From NCBI RefSeq assembly GCF_009914755.1, contig NC_060943.1: DNA of 64,000 bases; one strand, given 5' to 3'. Below, piece by piece: positions 19,534 through 34,824 of this stretch (its first letter is position 1; each line of letters begins with the position of its first letter). A model generated the notes under the pieces. The model was not told the DNA's origin. It ran no database searches and saw only the letters and a program-made list of their open reading frames with translations. This stretch comes from the human T2T-CHM13v2.0 reference genome, Homo sapiens. Position numbers and translations under genes: made by a program.

Positions 19534-19713
19534 AAATCGGACTGTTCAACTCACCTGGCAGCCACTCCCAGAGCCCCTGGAACTCTGGCCCAAGGCTCTC
19601 TGACTGACTCCTTCCCAGATCTTCTCGGCTTAGCGGCTGAAGACTGACGCTGCCCGATCGCCTCGGAAGCCCCGTAGACCATCACGGACGCCGAGCTTCG
19701 GGTAACTCTCACA

Positions 19714-20864
19714 GTGGAAGGTAAGTCCGTCCCCTTCTTAATCAATACGGAGGCTACCCACTCCACATTATCTTCTTTTCAAGGGCCTGTTTCCCTTGCC
19801 TCCATAACTGTTGTGGGTATTGACGGCCAGGCTTCAAAACCCCTGAAAACTCCCCCACTCTGGTGCCAACTTAGACAACACTCTTTTATGCACTCTTTTT
19901 TAGTTATCCCCACCTGCCCAGTTCCCTTATTAGGCCGAGATACTTTAACCAAATTATCTGCTTCCCTGACTATTCCTGGACTACAGCCGCATCTCATTGC
20001 CGCCCTTCTCCCCAGCCCAAAGCTTCCTTCACGTCTTCCTCTCGTATCCCCCCACCTTAAGCCACAAGTATGGGACATCTCTACTCCTTCCCTGGCAACT
20101 GATCACATGCCCATTACCATCCCATTAAAACCTAATCACCCTTACCCCGCTCAACGCCAATATCCCATCCCACAGCATGCTTTAAAAGGATTAAAGCCTG
20201 TTATCACTCGCCTGCTATAGCATGGGCTTCTAAAACCTATAAACTCTCCTTACAATTCCCCCATTTTACCTGTCCGAAAACCGGATAAGTCTTACAGATT
20301 AGTTCAGGATCTGCGTCTTATCAACCAAATTGTTTTGCCATCCACCCTGTGGTGCCCAACCCGTACCCTCTTTTGTCCTCAATCCGTTCCTCCACAACTC
20401 ACTATTCTGTTCTCCATCTTAAAGATGCTTTTTTCACTGTTCCCCTGCACCCCTCGTCCCAGCCTCTCTTTGCTTTCACTTAGACTGACCCTGACACCCA
20501 TTAGGCTCAGCAAATTACCAAGGCTGTACTGCTGCAAAGCTTCACAGACAGCCCCCATTACTTCAATCAAGCACAAATTTCTTCCTCATCTGTTACCTAT
20601 CTCGGCATAATTCTCAAAAACACACGTGCTTTCCCTGCCAATCGTGTCCGACTGACCTCTCAAACCCCAGCACCTACAAAACAACAACTCCTTTCCTTCC
20701 TAGGCATGGTTAGCGTGGTCGGAATTCTTACACAAGAGCCAGGACCACACCCTGTAGCCTTTCTGTCCAAACAACTTGACCTTACTGTTTTAACCTAGCC
20801 CTCATGTCTGCGTGCAGCGGCTGCTGCTGCTTTAATACTTTTAGAGGCCCTCAAAATCACAAAC
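19714..20864 (+). pseudogene. HERV-H protease and truncated RT remnant
   Basis: FLINTEAT (catalytic DTGA degenerated to NTEA), PLLGRD, QYPIP, then [16 protein letters not shown] after an in-frame TAG at 20218-20220. Confidence 0.88.
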
Positions 20865-21306
20865 TTTATCAGTCCTCCAGGCCCAAGTTGACTCTTTAGC
20901 TGCAGTTGTCCTCCAAAACCGCCGAGGCCTTGACTGACTTACTGCTGAAAAAGGAGGACTCTGCATATTCTTAAATGAGGAGTGTTGTTTTTACCTAAAT
21001 CAATCTGGCCTGGTGTATGACAACATAAAAAAACTCAAGGATAGAGCCCAAAAACTTGCCAACCAAGAAAGTAATTACGCTGAACCCCCTTGGGCACTCT
21101 CTAATTGGATGTCCTGGGTCCTCCCAATTCTTAGTCCTTTAATACCCATTTTTCTCCTCCTTTTCTTCAGACCTTGTATCTTCCGTTTAGCTTCTCAGTT
21201 CATTGAAAACCGTATCCAGGCCATCACCAATCATTCTATACGACAAATGTTTCTTCTAACATCCCCACAATATCACCCCTTACCACAAGACCTCCCTTCA
21301 GCTTAA
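20865..21306 (+). pseudogene. HERV-H env TM remnant
   Basis: [27 protein letters not shown]: immunosuppressive motif with TGA at 20935-20937, CX6CC, then a transmembrane helix. Confidence 0.88.
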
Positions 21307-21468
21307 TCTCTCCCACTCTAGGTTCCCACGCCGCCCCTAATCCCGCTCGAAGCAGCCCTGAGAAACATCGCCCGTTCTCTCTCCATACCACCCCCCAAAA
21401 ATTTTCGCCGCTGCAACACTTCAACACTATTTTGTTTTATTTGTCTTATTAATATAAGAAGGCAGGAA

Positions 21469-22279
<811 letters not shown>

Positions 22280-23808
22280 TGTTTTTTTTTTTTTTTACTT
22301 GCCTTTTTCCAAATGAGAAAACCAAGGCTCAGAGAGGTCAGTGGTGCAATCTCGGCTCACAGCAACTTCCGCCTCCCGGGTTCAAGGGATTCTAGTGCCT
22401 CAGCCTCCCAAGTACCTGGGATCACAGGCATCCGCCATCACACCCAGCTAATTTTTGTATTTTTAGTAGAGACAGGGTTTCGCCATGTTGTCCAGGCTGG
22501 TCTCGAGCTCATGACCTCAGGTGATCCGCCCACCTTGGCATCCCAAACTGCTGGGGTAGGATTTTCTTTTTTACTTCCCTTTTTCCAAATGAGAAAACCA
22601 AGGCTCAGAGAGGAAGAGCGTGTTGCCCCAAGTGGCCCAGCAGAGCCACAGCCTTGCACCCAGCAGCTCTGGCTCTAATGCATTCCAGACTCCTCCCATC
22701 AGCCAACTGCCTCCCATCCTCTAATAAACTTCTGAGAAGCGCTGGGCAGATGCAGTGGCGCCCACGCTCTTTATCTGCCCAGATCAGGCCGGCTCAGCAG
22801 AGCAGTCGATAATTAATTCTGAATTCTCCCCATTTATCACGGCGGCAGGAGCCAGAGTGCCTGGAATCCCAATCCCAAACCTCCGTGCCCCTTGGTCACC
22901 TGGACCAAGGCCCAGTGGTGGCAGGAACTATGGTGGAGAGGGGGCCTCATTGAGCCTGGGAAGGGAGCAAAGGTGTTCCTGGCTCCCCACCGCTCCCTGG
23001 CACTGGGTTATTAAACGCTGTGTACTGCAGCAGTGACCAAACCAGACCTCTTCCCCGTCTTCATGGTGCCCACAGGCTAGTGGGGAAAACATACATTGAA
23101 TGAATAATAATATAAATAATTAATGCTACAAAGGAAAAGAACAAGATGTTGTGAGAATACAAAACAACAGGAACATAACTTGTTTTGGGGGCCTCCCCAA
23201 GGAAGTGACATTGAACCTGCAAATCACAGGGTGAAAGGTGAAAGGTTGGGAGAGGGTATTTCATATACAGAAATAGCCCATGCAGGCTGGGTGCGGTGGC
23301 TCACAGCACTTTGGGAGGCCAAGGCGGGCGGATCACCTGAGGTCAGGAGTTGAAGACCAGCCTGGCCAACATGGTGAAACCCCGTCTCTACTAAAAATAC
23401 AAAAATTAGCAGGGCATGGCGATGTGTGCCTGTAGTCCCAGCTACTCAGGAGGCTGAGACAGGATTCTCACCTCCTGGTTCGCTTGAACCCAGGAGGTGG
23501 AGGTTGCAGTGAGCTAAGATAGCGCCATTGCACTCCAGCCTGGGCAACAGAGCTAGACTCTGTCTCAAAAAAAGAAAAAAAAGAAAGAAAAGAAATAGCC
23601 TGTGAAAAAAACCTTGTGGCTGGAGCCCAGCAAGGGGTTTAGTAGGTCTGAAGCTTAAAGCACAAGTGTGAGGTCAGTGCCAAGTCAGGGGACCTCAGGG
23701 CCAGGCCTGGAGCCCTCATAGTGAGGCCAGCAGCCTTCAGTGGATAGCCAGGGGCCACCAAGGAAAGAGATGGGTAAGTTTCCGTGATGCTCCAAGGGGT
23801 GGTAGTGA

Positions 23809-24108
<300 letters not shown>

Positions 24109-24523
24109 TGATCTGCCCGCCTCAGCCTCCCAAAGTGCTGGGATTACAGGAGTGAGCCACTGCGCCTGGCCGGGTTTTTTTTTCTTTCTTATGACTGTTT
24201 TCCTTTTTGAGGGTTCTTTCAAATCCATTTGGGCACGGGGGTTAGTCAGGATTTGTCTGCCAGCAAACACCGAATGCCTGGCTATCCCAAACACTTCCCT
24301 TCTTGGGCAGGCAGGGAAACTGAGGCCCAGCGAGGGACAAAGAACACCCAAGGTCATTCAGAGGAAGGTTGTGTGTGGGAGAGGTTTCTGGGGAGTCTCA
24401 GGGGCCATGCGCTTGCCCTGCAGCTTCTGTGGCTTTTGTTGGGCCGTGAACTCCGTGGGGAGCTTGACTGGGTATCCTAGTCACCACGCTGTCCTCAGAG
24501 CCCTGCAAACTGGAGGTGCTTAA

Positions 24524-25205
<682 letters not shown>

Positions 25206-25279
25206 TGATCCGCCCGCCTCAGCCTCCCAAAGTGAGCCACCGCGCCCAGCCTATTTTTTCTTTTTTTTTTTTTTTCTAG

Positions 25280-25561
<282 letters not shown>

Positions 25562-25876
25562 TAGGGAAAGAGGGGTCTTTTTCAATAGGAGATTTGAGAA
25601 AAAAATACAGAGACATGGAGAGAGACAGAGACTGAGATGCAGACGAACTGAGAAACGCAGAGAGAGAGATATTGAAGAGAGGGAGAGATAACGAGATACA
25701 AACAGAACCACAGACAGAAATGGAGCGACAGAGAGCAGATGAAAAAGAGGCCGGGCGCAGTGGCTGATGCCTGCAATCCCAGCACTTCGGGTGGCCGAGA
25801 CGGGTAGATGGCTTGAGCCCAGGAGTTTGAGAACAGCCTGGGCAACATGGCGAAACCCCATCTCTACAAAAATTTA

Positions 25877-26146
<270 letters not shown>

Positions 26147-26674
26147 TTACAAAGAAGGGCCCCTTCCTGGGGCCCTCTCACCTCTGCAGCTGGGTCCTCT
26201 TGTGCAGTGAACAACCTGCCCCACTGTCTGTGGCAGCCGGAGCAGCATCTGTCTTTATATCTCTCATTGAATGAATGCTCAGAGTTAGGAGAATGCCAGA
26301 GCCCAGCCTGGAGTCGCACAGAAAGAGAACAGAGAGATAGAGGCAGGGCAGGAAGGAAGTGGCAATTCCAGGTCCTGGCAGTTTCTGGCTAAACCGCTGA
26401 CATCTCCTCTGGGAACCGCCTGGGCTCACTTGCCCCCTAGGAGAATTCCCTTGGACCTTCTTGGAGCACAAACTAGGTGGGCGGCCAAGACGGGAGGTGG
26501 CCCCTCCCCAGAACGCCGCGGGCCTTAGCGAGACGGCAGCTGCCAAGTCTCACCCGAAACTCCTCATAGCCCAGACTTGCTCAGGGTGGAGCCCAGAGTC
26601 TGAGAGGCCCTGGCGGGGAGCGGGCAGGATTCCCTGAGTTTCACAGCCCAGATATGGGAGGGGGCTGGCCTGGG

Positions 26675-26728
26675 GTCAACTGGAGTAACAGTGTCACCTG
26701 GAGTAACAGCGTCACCTGGAGTAACAGC
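26675..26728. repeat. 18-bp x3 tandem repeat GTCA(A/C)CTGGAGTAACAG(T/C)
   Basis: Directly visible. Confidence 0.9.
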
Positions 26729-26872
26729 ATGTGCAAAGGCCTGGAGGGGAGTGAGAGGAAGGTAGAAGTAGAGCTCAGCCCAAAACCATAGATGGGGTAG
26801 AATGAAGCCCAAGAGAGCTCCAAGGCCAAGTTAGGAAGCTTAAACTCAATCTTGTTTTCAAACATGTAATCT

Positions 26873-26878
26873 TTTATT
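26873..26878 (-). terminator. TINCR polyadenylation signal AATAAA
   Basis: tttatt on the + strand at the end of exon 3. Confidence 0.8.
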
Positions 26879-27777
26879 CAGTACACTCTCAAAACAGCAT
26901 TTCTGTATCTAGTTCCAAGCTGGGTGATCCTGCGGCCCCAAAGGTAGTGATGACTCTGCTGGGAGGAGACACAGACCTCCCAGTTCAGTGGATCCCGAGT
27001 GAGTCAGAAGGTGAGACTGGAAGCAGCAGGGTCCTTGAGGGAAGTAGGCTCTCCTTGAAGGATAAGCAATGGCTGCATGAAGTAGCAGGTATTGAAGCTA
27101 GGGCTTTGAAGGATGAATAGGAGCTTGCCAAACAAAGAAGGTGGGACATGCAAACCAAGTGGAGGGACTGTGGCCCAAACTCAGGGATACATGGATGGAG
27201 TAGCAGGAGAAAAACAGACTGGGGGAGCAGGAAGAGTCAGTGTGAGCTTTCTCCAGATCCAAAATCAGCAGCCTGTCATTCAAGGCCAAGACATTCCACA
27301 ATAGTTCCCCTTGGCCCTGTCAAGCCTATCAGGCCTGGAGCTTCCTCAAAGCAGCTCTGACAACTCCAGCCACTGTCATCTCCCCTCTTTGTGTCACGAG
27401 GACCATGCACTTTGGTGCATGGTGACATTCAGTGGGGGCTGCTTTCCTCGGTGTGGCTGTGGGACCTTAGGCCCATGCCTCAGTTTCCCAACCTGGAAAA
27501 TGGGCTGCAGGAAGCCACTTTTGCAACTTATGTTTATCTCAGGCCAGGGAGGTCTTGGACAAATGATGTGAAGGAAGAAGAGAAAAATGGAAGATAGGGA
27601 GGGAGAGGAAAGGAAGGGGGCGAAGGAAGGGAGAACAGATGGGAAGGGAAGGGAAGGGAAGGGAAGACGGAGGAAGGAAAAGGCCGTGCACCTCCCGACC
27701 CAGGTCATCATCAAGGGACAGGTCCAACATTATTATTTCAGAACATGCCAGCGCTGTCGAGGCTTAAGAAATGGGTG

Positions 27778-27810
27778 GTGATTTGCATGTGATTTGCATG
27801 TGATTTGCAT
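27778..27810. repeat. 11-bp x3 repeat GTGATTTGCAT; each unit holds an octamer ATTTGCAT
   Basis: Octamers at 27781, 27792 and 27803. Confidence 0.92.
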
Positions 27811-27976
27811 ACTGTTTGTTAAATGTCAAAACACCCTGAAAATGCTTTCTCCCACCTCCACCCCCAGTGGAGAAGCGGGAAACCCTTCCCCACTTCCTCC
27901 ACCAGCTCCCGGCATGGGTTGGGGACGCCTCAGTTCAGAGGGTGGTGACCTTGGGCAAGCCAAAAGCCATCTGTAA

Positions 27977-28317
<341 letters not shown>

Positions 28318-30890
28318 GGCTGTCAATCAAGTGAGACAGGGCTCCAAAAAGATGTGCACAAGTCCTGGCATGGAGTAAGGACCAAGGAATGAAACTGGGG
28401 AGATTATTAAATGCCGCATTTTCTTGCCAAACCCTGACGAGGCATGTCCCTGAATATGCACAGGGAAATGAGGACAGAGGGGACCCAGGCTCTAGATACA
28501 CGCATGTGGCCCAGCTGTTAGCAGAGGCCCAAACCACGCATGAGCAGGGATCTGGGCTGCCTCCCCCTGCTCTGTGTCCCTGACAACCTCCTTGGGCCTC
28601 AGGCTACCCTCTGCAGAACAGACAGCAGCAGACTCTGCTCTAGGAGGAGCTCCAGGGGGCACACAGTGGGTCTCTGGGGACAAAGTCCTGGGTTAGGCAC
28701 CAAGGGGAGAGGTGGAGGGGGATAGGAAGACCCCCCTCCAGGCACACCCAGGGGCCAGCAAGACCCAAGTCATTCTGCAAAGCAGCTCCAGCAGGTCTGC
28801 CTGCCGGAGTGAAGTGGGGCTCCTCTCTCTTCCCCTCCTTCTCCCCCTCCTCTCAGCCAAGCGGGAATTGCAGGGTAGATGCCCGAAGTTTGGCAGATGC
28901 TCTGAAGGGAGGCGAGCAGGAGACCCCGGGCCAAGTGCTGTCCCCGAGCTAAGCAAACGCACAGTCTGGGCACGGCTGTCCCCGTGGTGGTGATTTACTA
29001 TCCACCTGTCCATGCTCTGAGTCCTGCAGCCAACAGGACTCTTAACTAAAACATTATTTCTTCCCAGCCTCTGGCGCCTCCGCCCATGGTGCCTGGAGAG
29101 TGTACACGGCCCTCGAGGACATGCGTAGCCTCGGCACCCCCTCCCCAAAGACCCTCCCCAGGGGCTGCGCAACGATGACGTGGCTGCAGGTCAGAGGTGC
29201 AACGGAGGCCCGGCACACTGCCCTGAGGGTCTCCACCCGGAATTCCCACAACGCACTCCCTGCAATGCCCCGCGATGACCTCCCACAGCTAGGCCCAGTT
29301 CCCCACCCCCAGATCCTCGTCCTCTTGGCCAGAGTTCTTCAGAACCCCTTCCCCGCTGCCCCAAGACCCTATGCAAGACGAGGCATCCGGATTTAAGGGG
29401 AAGGGGGAAACAGCCCAGGGGGTGGGCACAGGTGCCTCCTGGGGAGGTATTTGGGGGTGGAAATGGGGCACAGTTGGAGGCCTGAGAAGGAGCTAGGATG
29501 TCCGCATCTCCCCGCTTAGTCATTGGAGAGTTCGGACACGACTGGCTGCACCCCCAGCCAGGGCTGTTCACTGCACAAAGGGCCTGTGGGGGCCCCAAAG
29601 AAGGCTAGGTGCTCTCTGGCTGGGAAGGAGGGAATCTGAGAAGACTTCCTGGAGGAGACTGCAATCCCAGGTGTATTGGAGCTGCAGAGAAGAGGTTGAA
29701 AAGTGCTCCAGGCAGGGGGCACGGCTTGGGCAAAGGTGTGGCTGGGAGAATGTCCTGGGCAAGAGCGGAAGTGCCTCTGAGTGTCTCTCCTGCCCCTTCT
29801 GTGCTTCTCTTCTTGCGATGCCCTCTGGCTGCCCATGGGAGCTTTCCAAGGTGGCACAGTGCTTTCCACTGAAGACAGGGCACCCAGGGCCCCAAGAGGG
29901 GAGCAACAACCTCAAAGTCACACAGCAGAGCTGAAAGGCTCAAGGCTCCCTCCCGATAGGCTGGGCAGGAGCAAAAATGTCCTAGGTCCTTGTCAGGGAC
30001 TGGGGCTCCAGCAGGAGTGTCTGAAGCAGTGTGCATCAGCTGGTCAGGCCAGGGTTTCATGGTCCACCTGGGAGCCCAGACCCTGGAACAACAGGAGGGG
30101 AAGGGTAAACCCGTTTCAATCCAGGACCAGGGAAGGGTGAAACACCAGTTCTCCAGCCATTTGTCCTTTCCTTTTACCTAACATCCCTGACACGGACAGT
30201 GATCTGCAGTCATCCCCTCCTGTGGATGTCCCTTGTGTCCTTTAAGAGGAACAGGGATGGCCCCTGGTGAATTTGGCTGTTTTCTTTTTTCTTTCTTTTT
30301 TTTGAGACAGAGTCCTGCTCTGTCGCCAGGCTGGAGTGCAATGGCGTGATTTCGGCTCACTGTAACCTCTGACTCCTGGGTTCAAGCGATTCTCTTGGAA
30401 CTTGGCTGTTTTCTGCCACCTGATGGCAGTCACAGGAATTGCAGGCAAAGAGTGCAGTAAAGCCAAATCAAAGCTCAATCCTTTATTGTAAGGAGACAGG
30501 TAACAGAGCCCAGAGAGGAGAAGCAATTTTCCCAAGGTCACCCAGCAAGTCAGGGGCAACACGGCTCTGGTCCACGTGTTAGTCCAAAAAGAAATGAGAC
30601 ACCAAGGCCATGTCCCTACCCTAGAGGCCAGAAGCATAAGTGTATGGAGGGGGATGATGGTCAATAACATCTGTCTCTTCTCCTCTCTGGGCCTCAGTTT
30701 CCCCATCTATGGTCTCCACAATCTCTAAGGTCCTTTCTCTTTCTCAACTACTACAATTACTTACCTGGAGTGAGATCTAGGCTCCCAGGAGGCAGGAGAA
30801 GTGCCTTCCAAAAGTGCCCTCTACCCCAGCCTATTCCTTCAGCCAGTACCCAGGTCCCCTTGGTCATGGCTCTGCCTCCTCCAACCCAGA

Positions 30891-30894
30891 CTAC
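30891..30894 (-). CDS. TINCR: TINCR microprotein: last base of the Arg87 codon plus TAG stop (first 4 nt of exon 2)
   Basis: Exon 1 AG + exon 2 G = AGG (Arg), then TAG at 30893-30891. Confidence 0.88.
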
Positions 30895-31353
30895 CTGAAA
30901 GAGGGAGACAGAAAGACACAGGTTGCAGAAAAAACATAGCCCTTGCCTTGGCGTTCAAGGCTTCCCTATTCTGCCCACTGTCTGGCTGGTGCCTCTTCCT
31001 GCCCCTGCCAGGGCTCACCTCTGACCCAGAAATTCCCTCCCCTGCATCCAGGCACCGCTAGAGCTCCAGAAAAATATTCTGAGCAGCCCAATCCTTGCCT
31101 CTGCTCACGATTATGTTAGTGAGACAATACATCTCACTAACATTTATTAAGCACCTACTATGTGCCAGGCACTGAACTGGCAATCCAGCAGGGAACAAGA
31201 TGGACGGCAGTACCCTCACAGAGTTTACAGTCTACTGCAGGAGACAGGTGAAAAAAATAAGTAAAACGTAGAGAAGTCGGCTGCTGACAAGTGATGGGGA
31301 AAGAGAGAAAGCAGGGATGGCGTGAAATAAAATTTTATTATTTATTTCTTTAG

Positions 31354-31695
<342 letters not shown>

Positions 31696-32378
31696 TGAGG
31701 GAACAGCATTCCAGGCTGAAGGAACAGCCTGTCCAGAGGCTCTGAGGCAGCGAGGAGGCCTGTGTGGCTGGAGCAGAGTGAGGAAGGGGAAGAGAGGGAG
31801 GAGGAGCAAGCAGGGAGGGAATACAGCAGGTCATCCAGGGTCTTGCAAGCCTCAGGAAGGACTTGGGCTTTGACCCTGAGGGAGGTGGGAGCCATGGAGG
31901 GCTGCCGGCAGAGGAGGGACACGCCCCGACTCAGGGGCTCACAGGCGCCCTCTGGCACCTGCTACGGGGAGGACAGACTTGTAGGGGACAAGGGCAGGGG
32001 CTGCGGACCTTGGTGGGGGGCAACTGGGCTGGGCCAGGGGTTGAGAAGTGGGAGGATTATGGTTAGACTTTGAAGGCGGAGCTGATGGAACCAGCTGAAG
32101 GACAGATAGAGGGGCTTGGGAGGAAGAGAGGAATAGACTGATGTCAATAAAATCAGAATAATAACAACTGTTCCCACTAATGGAGCAGGGAGAAGGTTTA
32201 GTGATGAAGGGCGTGGCTTTAAAGCTGGGTTTAGACCCTGGCTCTGCCCCTTCCCAGCTTAATCTTACTCTGCCTCAGCTTCTCCACCTGTAAACCGCCA
32301 ATGATAACGGCACCCGGCCAGGCACGGTGGCTCACGCGTGTAATCCCAGCACTTTGGGAGGCTGAGGTAGGCAGATCA

Positions 32379-32669
<291 letters not shown>

Positions 32670-33134
32670 CTAGCATCTCAAAGGCTCTCAAAGCATGACC
32701 ATGACTCAGTGCCTGCTAGCTCCCGTGACAACCTGTCTCCCTGCAACGCTGCTGCCTCGAGGCAGAAAATGTTGTCACTACTGCATTTCACAGAGTGTAG
32801 AAACAGGAGGTGGCAAGAGAGGCTGGGGGAGGGAGAAGAGGGGGCCCTATCTACCCGGAAGTGAGAGAGGGCCTGGCAGGTTTGTCCCGAGCAGCCCACG
32901 CAGCTTCTCTCACCCTAGGGTACCGTCTGCGCTGACAGGTCCCAAGTGTTTTTCTCATTTCTCACATGGGGAAGCTGAGGCCTCCCCGGCTGCTGCTGCA
33001 CCATCCACTAGTAGCCCCTGCTCTGCCTCTAGAGGTCTGGGAGTGGTCTGGGGAGCTCAGAACCCATTTGATGCCCAGAGAGGGTGGGTTAGCTGCCTCG
33101 GGACACACAGCCAGTGAACAGCAAAGGCAGATAG

Positions 33135-33689
<555 letters not shown>

Positions 33690-34824
33690 TGAGCATTGAG
33701 TCAGGTCCCGTCCCTCCTCTGCCCACAGCCCTCTATGGCTCCCACCTCCCTCGGAGTCAAGGCCCAAGTCCTCCCTGCAGTCCGCAAGGCCCTGCATGAA
33801 CTGCCCTGGCCCCTCCCTGCCCTCCCTTCCTCCCTCTCTCCCCCTTGCTCCAGCCACACGGGCCTCCTCGCTGTTCCTCCAACATGCCAGGTGCAGTCCT
33901 GCCTCAGGGCCTTTGCACAGGCTGTTCCTACTGCCTGGAACACCCTTCCCTGACTCTCTGTTTAACCACCTCCTCCACATCATAGCCTGACATGTCACCT
34001 TTCCGGAGAGGCGTCCCCCAGTCACTGATCCCTCTCCACCTTCCCTGCATCCCCCACAGCGCCAATTGCGAGTTGACATTCTCCTGTGCTATTATTTGGC
34101 TCTAGGCTCTGTGAAGGCGAAATCTGGTCTCTCTGGGTCACTGCTGAATTTCAGTGTCCAGCATGGAGTCTGGCACACAGTAGGCACACAATAAATGCTG
34201 ACTCTGTACTGCATAATTACAGTCTGGACGTCTGAGGGTCGTCCAGCCCCCAGACCTCATAGAAGGTACGCTGCCGAGAACACCCTCTCCTAGCCCCAAG
34301 CTCTGAACCTCCATCCCTCATCATCCTCTCAGCCTCCCCGTCCCCGCTAAGATCTTCCCTCAAGAGGGCCTGGGGAGGGGGCCTCTCCTGCCCCCATTGC
34401 AGCCCCAGACTCCTGCAACGGGGTGGCATCTGAGGCTCCTGCCCTCAAAACATCAACCCAGGCTCGGTGACTCAAGCCTCTAGAGGGCTGGTGAATGTGA
34501 CCCCCATAAAATCCAGGGTAATTCACATGGCCCCCGTCCCTCTCCTGTTCAATGCTTCCAAGGAGGTGGTCCCAGGCTCTGAGACGAGGCCCCACCATCT
34601 TCACCACCTCTCGGCCATCCTCGACCCATTTCCCAGAGCTGCCCCAGGCCGGCAGTGAGCTGTTCCCGTGGCCCCAGCGCCCTTCTCTGCAGACCCCTCC
34701 TTGGGCCAGAAGACGCCCCACTTGAGGGTCGTCTTGGCCAGGGGACCTCTTTGGGGACCCAGATATCCAAGTGTGAGTGTGGGTAACGGACACTGGAGTG
34801 GGGCTGTGGGAAAGATAAGGCGGT

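Noticed and set aside
26675-26728. 18-bp x3 repeat as a CRISPR-like array or coding repeat
   Set aside because: No spacers, eukaryotic DNA, and it lies in L2-like sequence beyond the TINCR polyA site. A simple tandem duplication.
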